Of a DNA stretch of 64,000 nucleotides, positions 18,634 to 28,799 are shown in pieces. The stretch's first letter is position 1, and each line of letters begins with the position of its first letter. The DNA is taken from positions 6,624-70,623 of the forward strand of contig JAFUSR010000004.1 in assembly GCA_017467585.1 (NCBI GenBank). Direction: 5' to 3'. The notes under the pieces are model-generated. The model did not search any database and was not told the DNA's origin. It saw only the letters and a list, made by a program, of their open reading frames with translations. Source of the DNA: Clostridia bacterium. Lineage in GTDB: Bacteria; Bacillota; Clostridia; Christensenellales; UBA1242. Position numbers and translations under genes: made by a program.

Positions 18634-18662
18634 TTGACTATCTTGCCTTGCTGGCGTATAAT
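18634..18662 (+). promoter_or_regulatory. sigma-A promoter of GGDEF gene
   Basis: TTGACT-17-TATAAT. Confidence 0.7.
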
Positions 18663-18687
18663 ACTACATCGTTTGGAGAATAAAACA

Positions 18688-19470
18688 TTGCTTAACTTAA
18701 AGAAAAAGAGATTTACAAGAGAACTTGCTAACATTTTTAATGATGTTTCGGTTGCCGACTCGCACGGCAATGTTTTTGTTGTGGAAAATGGAAAAGTTTT
18801 AACAAAAAAGGCAACCGACAAACTTGAACTTGACAGCATTTTGTCTAAAATTAATGAATGGCAAAACAAATCTGAATTGCAATGTTATGACGACGGATTT
18901 AAACAGTTTTTTTCTAAGGTGATATTGTTAGGAAAAGAACCGGTTGTTGTTGCCTTTAGCACAACAACGAAAGATGCTGTTGGCAACAATCTTTCTAAAA
19001 ATAATGTAGTTAAATTTGTTATGGAACACGACAAAAGGCTTTACACTGACAGTTTGACCGGAGTTTATAACAAGCTTTATTTGTCTAACTCTTTCGACGA
19101 CAAAAGAATTAGTGCTGTTGCCATGGTTGATGTTGACGACTTTAAAAAAATCAACGACAACTATGGGCACTTAATGGGTGACAAAATTTTGAAAGACATT
19201 GCAAGTGTTTTAAGTGATAGCGCAGCTGAATATGGAAAAGTTGTTCGCTTTGGTGGTGATGAATTTGTTATTGTGTTTGAAAACGTTGACAAAACCATTT
19301 TGCAGAAAATTGTTAGAAAAATCAACGAAAACATTGCAAAAATTGAAATTGATAACTTTTCTACCATTGTTTCTGTGAGCATTGGTGCGGTTTATGGAAC
19401 TGGAAAGCTGAACAATTTTATTGACAAAGCCGACAAAGTTATGTATCAACTAAAAAAGAACAAAAAATAA
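18688..19470 (+). CDS. GGDEF domain protein (diguanylate cyclase)
   Basis: DSLTGVYN, DVDDFKKINDNYGHLMGD, RFGGDEF; TTG start 18688 preceded by GGAG and downstream of promoter. Confidence 0.9.
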   Translation: MLNLKKKRFTRELANIFNDVSVADSHGNVFVVENGKVLTKKATDKLELDSILSKINEWQNKSELQCYDDGFKQFFSKVILLGKEPVVVAFSTTTKDAVGNNLSKNNVVKFVMEHDKRLYTDSLTGVYNKLYLSNSFDDKRISAVAMVDVDDFKKINDNYGHLMGDKILKDIASVLSDSAAEYGKVVRFGGDEFVIVFENVDKTILQKIVRKINENIAKIEIDNFSTIVSVSIGAVYGTGKLNNFIDKADKVMYQLKKNKK

Positions 19471-19624
19471 TAAACAATAAAACAAAAAGCCAAGCTTGAT
19501 TAAGTTTGGTTTTTTTGTTATGAAAATGCATATTTATATTCTTTAAACTGTCTATTATGCGTTGTTTTTGCGCTCTCTTTGTGGTATAATATTTAGTGTG
19601 AAAAATTAATCGAGAGATAAAACA

Positions 19625-20827
19625 ATGGATAATTTTCAAAACAAAAAATTGAATGTTGGACTTTTTATTGACACCTATTTTCCTATGGTTGATGGTGTTA
19701 TCAACGTTGTGGATAACTATGCAAGAAACCTTCAGGACTATTGCAACTTAACTGTGTTTGCTCCTGTTGGCAGAAAGCCTTTTGACGACAGCAAACTGCC
19801 CTATAAGGTTGTTAGGTGCAAAAAGAAATTTCCTATTTTCTTTTTAGACTACGACCTTCCTACCCCTGCTTTTGACAAAGAATTTAAAAAGGCAATCGAC
19901 GAAGCAAACCTCGACATTGTTCATATTCATTCACCTTTTACCATTGGCAAACTCGGAATCAAATACGCCAAGGAACACAACATTCCGGTTGTTGCAACAC
20001 TGCACAGTCAGTTTAAAAAAGACTTTAAGCGCGCAGTAAAGCTTGCTGGTGTTGCTAACATTATGATGAAAATTGTTATTGACACGCTCAACAAGTGTGA
20101 TGAATGCTGGGCGGTTAACGACGGCGTTGATAAACTGTTTAGAGATGAATATAAACTCAAAGCGCCAATCGCAATGCAATATAACGCAACCGACCTTGTT
20201 CCAACAGAATTCTCTAAAGAAGAAATCGAAGAATTTGACAAAAAATATAACATTGCCAGCGATGATAAGGTCTTTTGCTTTGTTGGTCGCATGACCATTT
20301 TGAAAAATCTTCCTTTTTTGATAGAATCGTTAAAATTTGTTAAAGACTCTGGAATTAAATTCAAAATGCTTATGGTAGGAACAGGAACCGACACAAAAAG
20401 GCTTAAAAAACAGGTTAAAAAATTAGGCCTTGAAAATGAAATTTTGTTTGTTGGCAGAATAACCGACACACGGCAAAAGTCTTTGGTTTTTGCAAGAAGC
20501 GATTTGTTTTTGTTTCCTTCTTATTACGACACAGACGGACTTGTTAAATATGAGGCGGCCTGCTTTAACACCCCTACTGTTTCGATTAAAGACTTTTTAA
20601 CTGCCTCAAACTTAACCGACGGAAGAAATGCATATCTTTCGGACAATAGCACAAAAAACTATGCAGAAAAAATAATAGAGGCTGTTTCTAACCCTGAAAA
20701 ATATAACGAAATTTCAAAAAATTGCCACAACGATTTATATCGAACATGGAAAGATTCTGCTTTGAAGGTTTTTGGAGACTATCAAAGACTAATTGAGCAA
20801 AAGAAAAAAGAAATAGGAACAAACTAA
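19625..20827 (+). CDS. GT4 glycosyltransferase (1,2-diacylglycerol glucosyltransferase-like)
   Basis: FIDTYFPMVDGV, DIVHIHSPF, FVGR, DLFLFPSYYDTDGLVKYEAA. Confidence 0.88.
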   Translation: MDNFQNKKLNVGLFIDTYFPMVDGVINVVDNYARNLQDYCNLTVFAPVGRKPFDDSKLPYKVVRCKKKFPIFFLDYDLPTPAFDKEFKKAIDEANLDIVHIHSPFTIGKLGIKYAKEHNIPVVATLHSQFKKDFKRAVKLAGVANIMMKIVIDTLNKCDECWAVNDGVDKLFRDEYKLKAPIAMQYNATDLVPTEFSKEEIEEFDKKYNIASDDKVFCFVGRMTILKNLPFLIESLKFVKDSGIKFKMLMVGTGTDTKRLKKQVKKLGLENEILFVGRITDTRQKSLVFARSDLFLFPSYYDTDGLVKYEAACFNTPTVSIKDFLTASNLTDGRNAYLSDNSTKNYAEKIIEAVSNPEKYNEISKNCHNDLYRTWKDSALKVFGDYQRLIEQKKKEIGTN

Positions 20828-20884
20828 ACAATTTTAGTTTATTTTGTTTGTAAACAATGATATAATTATTTCATAAAATAAAAG

Positions 20885-22081
20885 GTGCATATCGTGGAGA
20901 AAAGCAGCAAGATTTTTAAAAACAAAAAAGTTGTTGCAAGACATTCTGGTCTTGAGTCTTTTGCTGAATTTAACTACACAAAATCACCAAAAATAACCGA
21001 ACAAGCAACAAAAAAGAAAAAGAAAAAAACATCTTGGATTTTTTTGATAATAAACATCGCAATTGTTGCAGGCATCTTTATTTATCAATTCTGTTTTGGC
21101 GAAACAAAACCGCTGTCTGAGCTGTTTGCTGAACGACCATATTACAGATTTTTCTTTATTTCTCTTGGTGCAATTGCTTTTTTCTATTTGCTATATGCAA
21201 TTGGCTATTCAATTATGCTGAAAATAACAACTGGAAAGTTTAATTTTTGGCTCGGCCTTCAGTTTGCTGTTGTTGGGAAATATTGGGACAGCATAACCCC
21301 TTTTGGCAGTGGCGGACAGTTTGCACAAATTGCACACGGAATTAAAAAGGGCGTTAGCCAAGAAGACACAACAAGCATTGTTGTTGGAAAATATATGATT
21401 AGCATGATTGCCTTTGTTGTTCTTGGAATTATTGCATTGTTTATTCCGATGGAAACATTTACTTCAGGAATTGTTATTAAGGTTCTTGCTGGCGTTGGTG
21501 TTGGAATCAATGTTTTGCTCACTCTTTTTATTTGGCTAGTTTCTATCAACCGCAAATTGTGTTCAGTTATTGTTTTGGGCGGAATTAAACTTTTGCACAA
21601 AATCAAAATTATTAAAAACTACAATCGCGCAGTGTTTAAATCTATGCGCTTTATTAAGCAATATCAAAAAGCGTTTAAATATTTAATTAAAAAACCTTGG
21701 GCTGTTATTGGACAACTCTTTATCTGCATTTTGGAGTGGTTAACACTTGCACTTGTGGCATATCTCATTTATCTTGCATTTAACTTCCCTAACCTTTCTG
21801 TTGGCCCTGTTCCAATTATTGCTATGTCTATTCTTTGCACATTTGCAACATCTTATTTTCCTATTCCTGGCGGAAGCGGAATGGCAGAAGTATCTTTCGC
21901 AGCACTATTTGCAAAGCTATTTACAGACGGAACAAACTTTTGGGCACTAATTTTGTGGAGAGTGTTCACCTATTATATCTTTATTATAATTGGATTCATT
22001 TTTACCATTGGCGACTCGTTTGTTGCAAAAAAAGAAATCAAAAAGAAAGAACAACAAAACAAAGAAAAAGAACAGGCTTAA
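20885..22081 (+). CDS. Lysylphosphatidylglycerol synthase TM-region / flippase-like protein
   Basis: ITPFGSGGQ, PIPGGSGMAE, LWRVFTYY motifs; exact start uncertain. Confidence 0.85.
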   Translation: MHIVEKSSKIFKNKKVVARHSGLESFAEFNYTKSPKITEQATKKKKKKTSWIFLIINIAIVAGIFIYQFCFGETKPLSELFAERPYYRFFFISLGAIAFFYLLYAIGYSIMLKITTGKFNFWLGLQFAVVGKYWDSITPFGSGGQFAQIAHGIKKGVSQEDTTSIVVGKYMISMIAFVVLGIIALFIPMETFTSGIVIKVLAGVGVGINVLLTLFIWLVSINRKLCSVIVLGGIKLLHKIKIIKNYNRAVFKSMRFIKQYQKAFKYLIKKPWAVIGQLFICILEWLTLALVAYLIYLAFNFPNLSVGPVPIIAMSILCTFATSYFPIPGGSGMAEVSFAALFAKLFTDGTNFWALILWRVFTYYIFIIIGFIFTIGDSFVAKKEIKKKEQQNKEKEQA

Positions 22082-22182
22082 GTGCCTGTTCTTTTTTGAT
22101 TGTTTAATATTGCCAAAACAAGTGTTTTGATGTATAATATATACAATAAAAAATGTGCAAAATTGTTTAGGGGTGAAAACTT

Positions 22183-23424
22183 ATGGCAATAAAATTTGAC
22201 ATGAAAGTAAAGAAGAAAAGAAAGGATCTTGCTGAAGATTTTTTAAATATGGCAGATAACAGCCAAATGCAATTTCAAAGAACCAAAACTCTTGAGCACA
22301 ATCATGTTTCTGACCAAATCAAAAACGCTCTTTCTGGAGAGGATTTTACCCTTCATATCGATGGTGAAGACTATTCTGGTTTAAAGGGTCACTCTGAAGA
22401 CGAGGTAAACAAAATCATTGGATACTTATTGAAGGAACTCGGACGTGCAGGAAGCCAAGAAGAATATGACAAAATAAAAAAATTAGTTCAACTTTTTTAT
22501 GCCGAACTTGAAGAAACACAAGAAGAGCCACAAGTTGTTGAAGCTGATAAAAAGACCTCAAAGAGCAGTAATTCTAACAAAAGCCTTACTGAACAACAAC
22601 TAAAGGACAACGACCGCTCAGAATACGCCAAACAAAAATTAACTGGCAAGTCTCAAACAATTCAACCAACCATTGACACAAGCAAATTCGACGGGCTAAG
22701 TCAAGAAGAACTTATGGCTTGTTTTAAACCAGACTATTTTTATTCTCTTTCTAAGGATGAGCAACTGTCTCTTTACCAAACCTGCACAAACAGATATTTG
22801 TTGAGTCAAGGAGTCAGTCCTTGTGCTATTGTTTTAGAAGACATGGCATTAAATGACAGAACTATTGAATTTGGTTGCTACCGCCCTAACCGCGGAGCTA
22901 TTTATTTGAATAAAAATCTTTTTGATAACATTTTTGAACTTGCTGGAGCGCTCAACCCATTTTTTCCACTAAAACTTCTTGAAACGGTTATTCATGAGGC
23001 TCGCCACCGCGTTCAATTTGCCATGTTTGAGAGCAATCCGTCAAACGCGGCTGAACGCGAAATTCAACTGTCAATGATGCACAGTCAGTCGAATATGTCT
23101 TATGCTCAGTATCTTGCAGAAGCGGACGAATTAGACGCAAGAAACGCCGCCCTCGCCTATATGAGAGAAGGCGCTGAACTTTCTGGCAGCAGAGACATGG
23201 AAGAGTTTTATTGCGCAGCCAAATCTCGCGAAATGGGAAATCCAAAGGCTTCGACCACCACAACTATGAGAGATGCTTGTGCAGACATTTATGACGAGCG
23301 CATTGGAAGAGAAATGCTTGATCGCGTTAACATGTCTGCGGCAAAGAGAACTATCGAGCAAATGATGAATATGCTGCACGGACAAACGTTTGGATATTCC
23401 ACAGCACGAGTAAAAAGACTATAA
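22183..23424 (+). CDS. Hypothetical protein with HExxH zinc-metallopeptidase motif
   Basis: ETVIHEARHRVQ and downstream Y...ELDAR; no signal peptide; own RBS and terminator. Confidence 0.65.
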   Translation: MAIKFDMKVKKKRKDLAEDFLNMADNSQMQFQRTKTLEHNHVSDQIKNALSGEDFTLHIDGEDYSGLKGHSEDEVNKIIGYLLKELGRAGSQEEYDKIKKLVQLFYAELEETQEEPQVVEADKKTSKSSNSNKSLTEQQLKDNDRSEYAKQKLTGKSQTIQPTIDTSKFDGLSQEELMACFKPDYFYSLSKDEQLSLYQTCTNRYLLSQGVSPCAIVLEDMALNDRTIEFGCYRPNRGAIYLNKNLFDNIFELAGALNPFFPLKLLETVIHEARHRVQFAMFESNPSNAAEREIQLSMMHSQSNMSYAQYLAEADELDARNAALAYMREGAELSGSRDMEEFYCAAKSREMGNPKASTTTTMRDACADIYDERIGREMLDRVNMSAAKRTIEQMMNMLHGQTFGYSTARVKRL

Positions 23425-23434
23425 AAAACAATAA

Positions 23435-23468
23435 AAAAGAAACATGTTGGTGCATGTTTCTTTTTTTG
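23435..23468. terminator. Bidirectional terminator
   Basis: AAAAGAAACATG...CATGTTTCTTTT between convergent genes. Confidence 0.8.
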
Positions 23469-23473
23469 TTCTT

Positions 23474-23977
23474 TTAATTTTCTGACTGAAGATTTTGTTG
23501 GCTGTTTGTCTCTTCTTTTGACTCAACTTTGTTTTCTGGTTCTACCTTCTTTTCGCGAAAAACAACATATTTGCTCCACAAAAATTCAGTGATAAAGTTA
23601 ACAATCATTGTGAGCCCGAGAATGATATATTCGTTCCAGTGTGCGCTCTCTAGTGCAACTCCCCACCAGATAGAAAGTGGTGTAAACACTGCGTAATACG
23701 CCAAAACTTCAAGCATGGCAATTGGAATGTTGTTTGCAGATTTAAATGTAAACTTTCTGTTAAAGGTAAAGTTCCATAAAACTGAAAGTATCAGTGAAAT
23801 AAAATATGACCAGCCATATTTTTGGCCAATATCGCGAATTATCCATTCATTTAAAACAGTAAAACTTAAAACTTGAACAACCCCTGCAGAAATAGAAAAA
23901 AGTGTAAACTTAACAGCTTGCCAAATTGTTTTATTCTTCTCTTCTTTATGCTTGTTTTCTTGTGTTGTCTGCTCCAT
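23474..23977 (-). CDS. GtrA family membrane protein
   Basis: VKFTLFSISAG, WNFTFNRKFTFKS, NF..EFLWSKYVVF; GGGAG RBS before 23977. Confidence 0.85.
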   Translation of the reverse strand: MEQTTQENKHKEEKNKTIWQAVKFTLFSISAGVVQVLSFTVLNEWIIRDIGQKYGWSYFISLILSVLWNFTFNRKFTFKSANNIPIAMLEVLAYYAVFTPLSIWWGVALESAHWNEYIILGLTMIVNFITEFLWSKYVVFREKKVEPENKVESKEETNSQQNLQSEN

Positions 23978-24066
23978 AGTGTTCTCCCATATAAAAGCAG
24001 TATAACACAATATGGGTTTGTTGACAAACAAATTTAAAGTTCAAAAAAAACGGCCGAAGCCGTTTT

Positions 24067-24639
24067 TTACATTGAAATAATATAATCAATAAGCTTTGAG
24101 TTGTCTATTGTTATTTTCATTGGATTATTTTGATACGCACCATAAGAGGTTGTTTTAAAAAAGATGTTAATATCTCTAAAATTCTTTTCCGAGCCAAGAA
24201 CAAACATCAGTCCATAATAGCCATTTGCTGTGACAAGCTTTGCATCGCCTTCGTAATACACAATTTGATTTTGTGGAGTGTCAAAGGTGAGTTCAATGCA
24301 ATAATTTGCTTGTTTAAGCGAGTTTGTGAACGATACCGCTGAACTAGACAAGTCTTGTTCAACAATCATCTTTGGATTCTTTTGGTTATATAGCAGTTTT
24401 AACAAGCTATAACTCAAAGATTCATCAATCAATTTCATAACCTCTGCATAGACGGCAGAATCTTTTTCAAAGTTGTCTATGTTGTTTTTCTTTTTTGCTG
24501 TAACACTCTTTTCAAACACTGTTACACTTGAAGCTGATGAATAATTCAATTGATATTTTGGTTTAACGCACGCCAGCGAAATCATAACCGCAATAACCGC
24601 CACCAAAATAGCACAAGCTCCAATTAAAAATTTCTTCAT
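24067..24639 (-). CDS. Hypothetical exported protein / possible lipoprotein
   Basis: Signal MKKFLIG...SLAC; 11 nt downstream of ftsH. Confidence 0.65.
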   Translation of the reverse strand: MKKFLIGACAILVAVIAVMISLACVKPKYQLNYSSASSVTVFEKSVTAKKKNNIDNFEKDSAVYAEVMKLIDESLSYSLLKLLYNQKNPKMIVEQDLSSSAVSFTNSLKQANYCIELTFDTPQNQIVYYEGDAKLVTANGYYGLMFVLGSEKNFRDINIFFKTTSYGAYQNNPMKITIDNSKLIDYIISM

Positions 24640-24650
24640 GTTTTGTTTCC

Positions 24651-26801
24651 TTATTCGGCTTTATCTTCTTTTTTTGTGGTTCTTGTTGCAGACCTTTTTG
24701 TTGCTGACGCCACCTTTGAATTGGTCTTTTTTGTTGTTGATTGTTTCTCTGTTTTTTCTGTGTTTTTTGTTGAAGTTGATTTTCTTTTTGCAGGAGCTTT
24801 TTTCTTCTCAGCAGTTTTAGGTTGTTCAGCTTTGTCTTCCACAGTTTTTTCTGCTTTTTGTTTTGCAGAAGAAGCCTCTTTTTGCTCTGCCTTTTTAATC
24901 AGTTCATCAACATCGATTGTTTTTTTCTGTTCGGCGTTTTCTTTCTTTTCAATTTCTGTCAAGATTTCTTCTTTAGTTTTGCCTTGCATAATCATGTCTA
25001 CTTCATCTTGATAGATTGTTTCTTTTTCAAGAAGCAGTTCAACCATGGTTTCGAGTTTTGCTCTGTTGTCGCTCAAAATCTTTTCGGCTTGTTTTGAGCA
25101 CTCATCTAAAATCTTTTTAACTTCTTCGTCGATAGCGGCAGCTGTTGTTTCGCTATATTCGTTTCTCTTTGCATAGTCTCTGCCGATAAACACTTCGTTT
25201 CCGTCTGATCCAAAGTGAACAAGACCAAGTTTTTCGCTCATTCCCCACTCTGTAACCATGCTTCTAGCAATGCTGGTTGCTCTTTCTATATCGTTAGATG
25301 CACCTGTGCTAATATCATATAAGAATAGTTTTTCTGCGGTTCTTCCGCCAAGCATCATGGTGATTGTTGCGAGAAGTTTGTTCTTCATCATGTGCTTCTC
25401 ATCTTTTTCTGGACGAGACAAAGTATATCCGCCAGCACCACCACGAGGAACAATGCTAACTTCGTGAATTGTGTCATTGTTTTTTATGCACTTGCCAATG
25501 ATTGCATGACCAGACTCGTGAACAGCTGTTATTCTCTTGTCTTCTTCACTCATAACATAACTGCGCTTTTGTGGGCCCATTGTGACCTTTGCAATCGCAT
25601 TGTTTATGTCTTCCATTTTTATTTCTTTTTGCTTTTGCTTTGCTGCAAAAAGAGCAGCTTCGTTAAGCATGTTTTCAAGATCAGCTCCAGTAAATCCGCT
25701 TGTTATTCTAGCAATGTTTCTAAGGTTGACATCGCCACCAAGAGGTTTGTTTTTTGCATGAACCTTTAAAATTTCTTCTCTGCCTTTAACGTCTGGCATG
25801 TTAATGTAAACACGTCTATCAAATCGGCCTGGGCGCAACAATGCTGGGTCGAGAATGTCTACACGGATTGTTGCAGCAAGAACAATGATTCCTTCGTTCA
25901 CTTCAAACCCATCCATCTGAACGAGAAGTTGGTTAAGAGTTTGTTCTCTTTCGTCGCTGCCACCACCAAGGCCGGCGCCACGTTGACGACCAACCGCATC
26001 AATTTCATCGATAAAAATGATGCATGGTTTTGCTTTTTTTGCTGTTTCAAACAAATCTCTAACTCTTGATGCACCAACACCAACATAAAGTTCCATAAAG
26101 TCACTGCCGCTTATGGTAAAGAACGGAACATTTGCTTCTCCTGCGCAGGCTTTTGCAAGAAGAGTTTTTCCTGTTCCTGGAGGGCCAACCAAAAGAACAC
26201 CTTTTGGAATTCTAGCACCAAGCTTAGAAAACTTGTCTGGGTCTTTCAAAAATTCAATAATCTCTTCTAGTTCTGCCTTCTCTTCGTCGGCACCGGCAAC
26301 ATCGGCAAATTTAACTTTGCTTGGCATTATTCTTGCACGGTTTTTAACAAAATCTAAACCAGACCTGTTTGCTGCACCAACAGAGCGCAACAACCACCTG
26401 AATAACACCACAAGAGCAATAACGCTCAAAATAGGATATAACAAATTCAAGAAGTTAAATGTTGCTGCAGAGCCGACAACAATTTTTAAGTTGGTTGTGT
26501 CATAAACTCCATCATATAAATCTGTCAAAAGTTTTTGACCATATCCAAAGTTGTTATGAACCCAATAATATTTTCCATCAGTATATTTCGCAACAATAAA
26601 GTCATTTGTAAATTCAATTCTAGTTACTGTGCCAGAAGATAGTTTTTCTTTTAAATCTAATGGGTCAACTTCGGTTCCCCTTCTTCCTGTGTTAAAAAAC
26701 CACATAACAATGAGTGCAACAACCAAAAGAGCGATGCAAATAACAATTCCTCTGAATAGCGATTGTTTCATTGGGTTTTCATTTTTTCTATTTTCTTCCA
26801 A
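24651..26801 (-). CDS. ftsH: ATP-dependent zinc metalloprotease FtsH
   Basis: Two N-terminal TMs, [33 protein letters not shown]; TTG start with AAGGAG RBS; K-rich tail. Confidence 0.96.
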   Translation of the reverse strand: MEENRKNENPMKQSLFRGIVICIALLVVALIVMWFFNTGRRGTEVDPLDLKEKLSSGTVTRIEFTNDFIVAKYTDGKYYWVHNNFGYGQKLLTDLYDGVYDTTNLKIVVGSAATFNFLNLLYPILSVIALVVLFRWLLRSVGAANRSGLDFVKNRARIMPSKVKFADVAGADEEKAELEEIIEFLKDPDKFSKLGARIPKGVLLVGPPGTGKTLLAKACAGEANVPFFTISGSDFMELYVGVGASRVRDLFETAKKAKPCIIFIDEIDAVGRQRGAGLGGGSDEREQTLNQLLVQMDGFEVNEGIIVLAATIRVDILDPALLRPGRFDRRVYINMPDVKGREEILKVHAKNKPLGGDVNLRNIARITSGFTGADLENMLNEAALFAAKQKQKEIKMEDINNAIAKVTMGPQKRSYVMSEEDKRITAVHESGHAIIGKCIKNNDTIHEVSIVPRGGAGGYTLSRPEKDEKHMMKNKLLATITMMLGGRTAEKLFLYDISTGASNDIERATSIARSMVTEWGMSEKLGLVHFGSDGNEVFIGRDYAKRNEYSETTAAAIDEEVKKILDECSKQAEKILSDNRAKLETMVELLLEKETIYQDEVDMIMQGKTKEEILTEIEKKENAEQKKTIDVDELIKKAEQKEASSAKQKAEKTVEDKAEQPKTAEKKKAPAKRKSTSTKNTEKTEKQSTTKKTNSKVASATKRSATRTTKKEDKAE

Positions 26802-27010
26802 AATGCAATCTCCTTAATAAGCAATATACATTAATGTATATTCAATTTATGAAATTATATTATCACAACTTGGTGCTTTTATCAATCAAAAAAATAATTA
26901 AATTTTATTGATAACCTTTTAAAAAATAATCACAAACAATAAAACCTTCACGGCAAGGTAATCTATTTTGTAAATATTTTTTATTTTTCAATATTTTTTG
27001 TCGTTTTAAC

Positions 27011-27493
27011 TTAAACAGCAAGTGCATTAACAATTTTGTTAATAACAAATTCTTGTTTAGCTAAAAACTCATTTGGATTTTCTGTTATATCAACCTTTAA
27101 AAGAATAGAATAATCCCCAAAAGACTTTTTATTAACATACCCGGCAGCAACAGTTGCAACCCTTTTTGAAACAAGAATGCCACTTTCTGACCTAGAAAAA
27201 GTTCTGCAATTGTCAATAAGGACAATTTTGGCAGAGGAATGTTTCTTTTCAACAAAGTTCATAAAATCAACTAAATTGTCTGGGACAATAGGGAACTGTT
27301 TTCCACCATAAATGAAAAACTTTTTATTTTTTTGTTTCAGCCTTTCAGAAAGAATCGAGGAGAAATTGTCATACCAAATCTTATGATTGCCAACACAAAA
27401 GAAAACAATTTCTTTATTTTTCTCTTTCAAAAGAAATTTGTTTAGGTCCTCAACAGATTTATCAATCAATTTAGAATAAATATTAGTTGTCAT
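27011..27493 (-). CDS. Divergent YyaC/DUF1256 spore protease-like protein
   Basis: IVFFCVG.....D, IYG...PI, IVLID, FGDYSI resemble YyaC; lies downstream of parB on the same strand as in other Firmicutes. Confidence 0.55.
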   Translation of the reverse strand: MTTNIYSKLIDKSVEDLNKFLLKEKNKEIVFFCVGNHKIWYDNFSSILSERLKQKNKKFFIYGGKQFPIVPDNLVDFMNFVEKKHSSAKIVLIDNCRTFSRSESGILVSKRVATVAAGYVNKKSFGDYSILLKVDITENPNEFLAKQEFVINKIVNALAV

Positions 27494-27687
27494 ATTTTAA
27501 TTGTTTACATGCGTAAGCACTTTATTCACTAAAAATGATATGATTTTAAAAACAAATTAATTATTTTTGCGCATAATTTATTAAAAACACTGAAAATTTT
27601 AATATTAAAAGTAAATTTTTGCAATTTTTCTTTACAATGGATTTAAACATATATTATAATATATTTATGAGAACACAGGAGATATAT

Positions 27688-27701
27688 AGAACATATGTTC
27701 T
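27688..27701. promoter_or_regulatory. Putative LexA (DinR) SOS box
   Basis: Perfect palindrome AGAACATATGTTCT (GAAC-N4-GTTC) between TATAAT (27655-27660) and ATG 27712. Confidence 0.6.
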
Positions 27702-27711
27702 ATAAACAATT

Positions 27712-28491
27712 ATGAACTGGTTTGATGCGATTATAATTGTTATATTGCTGATATTCATGGCCTTTGGAATAAAAAAAGGCTTTATGTTTTCAGTAATTGA
27801 TATGTTTGGTTTTTTTGTTAACTTTGTAGTTGCCGTATTTTTGACCGGCCCTATTCGCAGTTTACTTGGCGTCATGGGAATGGAAAGCTCAATCGGCAAT
27901 GGGCTGTTTGGTCACTACGCTGGTGTTGGAAGTGGATTCACTACAAATTTAATTGAATATAAACAAACTTATGGTGACGGCGTAATAGATTATGTAAGCG
28001 ACTCAATTAATGGAAGTTCAATGACCGGTTTTGGCAAAAAGTTATTTAACGGCATTATTAATGATAAATTGCCAACCAAAATTGATGCTGCAATTGAAGC
28101 GGGCAAAACAGATTTAACATTGGCAGACATTATTAGTAAATCTCTTGCACAATTTATCACTGTTGTATGTGCGTTTATTATCGCCTTTTTGCTCATCTAT
28201 GGATTATTACTGCTGCTTAAGTTGATTTGTAAAGAAATTCAAAAATCTTCTTTTGCTAGCATATTCGACAAGATATTTGGTGGTGTGTTTGGAATAGTTC
28301 GTGGATTTATGTTTATTGTTCTATTCTTTGCGGTTCTTTCATTCTTCTCAGACAACGGCCTTCTCGGTGGAATAATTGGATATATCAACCAATCTGCAAT
28401 AGGCCATTGGCTGCGGGATAGTGTGAACACGTTTATGGTTAAATATATAGACATTAAACAGTTTATTATCGATATTCTAAATAAAATATAA
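27712..28491 (+). CDS. CvpA family (colicin V production) membrane protein
   Basis: MNWFDAIIIVIL...GIKKGF and DKIFGGVFGIVRG motifs. Confidence 0.85.
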   Translation: MNWFDAIIIVILLIFMAFGIKKGFMFSVIDMFGFFVNFVVAVFLTGPIRSLLGVMGMESSIGNGLFGHYAGVGSGFTTNLIEYKQTYGDGVIDYVSDSINGSSMTGFGKKLFNGIINDKLPTKIDAAIEAGKTDLTLADIISKSLAQFITVVCAFIIAFLLIYGLLLLLKLICKEIQKSSFASIFDKIFGGVFGIVRGFMFIVLFFAVLSFFSDNGLLGGIIGYINQSAIGHWLRDSVNTFMVKYIDIKQFIIDILNKI

Positions 28492-28536
28492 CAAAAACAA
28501 TGAAAGCTGGATTTAACCAGCTTTTTTATTTGTCAT

Positions 28537-28552
28537 TGTTTCACGTGAAACA
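28537..28552. promoter_or_regulatory. parS site 1
   Basis: TGTTTCACGTGAAACA. Confidence 0.95.
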
Positions 28553-28575
28553 TTTGTTAATTGTTTTGTAAATAT

Positions 28576-28591
28576 TGTTTCACGTGAAACA
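28576..28591. promoter_or_regulatory. parS site 2
   Basis: TGTTTCACGTGAAACA. Confidence 0.95.
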
Positions 28592-28614
28592 TTTATCTTT
28601 TATCTCAGTACCAT

Positions 28615-28630
28615 TGTTTCACGTGAAACA
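28615..28630. promoter_or_regulatory. parS site 3
   Basis: TGTTTCACGTGAAACA inside a longer palindrome 28609-28636. Confidence 0.95.
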
Positions 28631-28799
28631 ATGGTATTTTTAAACGATAAAGTATTCGTTAAACTTGTCAAAATTTAAAATTAGAACGTCTCGATTCGAA
28701 ATATTGTGAGCGCACAATGGTTTTGTTTAAAAAATCGCATATTTTTGATATTTTAACAATAAAAAAGCATGCTTTTGGCATGCTTAACTGTTTTTGTTG

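Noticed and set aside
24651-24900. Low-complexity K/T/A-rich tail of FtsH as possible frameshift
   Set aside because: Frame is continuous to a stop 11 nt before the next gene; disordered tails are common in FtsH
28537-28630. Evenly spaced palindromic repeats resembling a mini CRISPR array
   Set aside because: Repeat is the 16-bp parS consensus next to parB; too short and no cas genes
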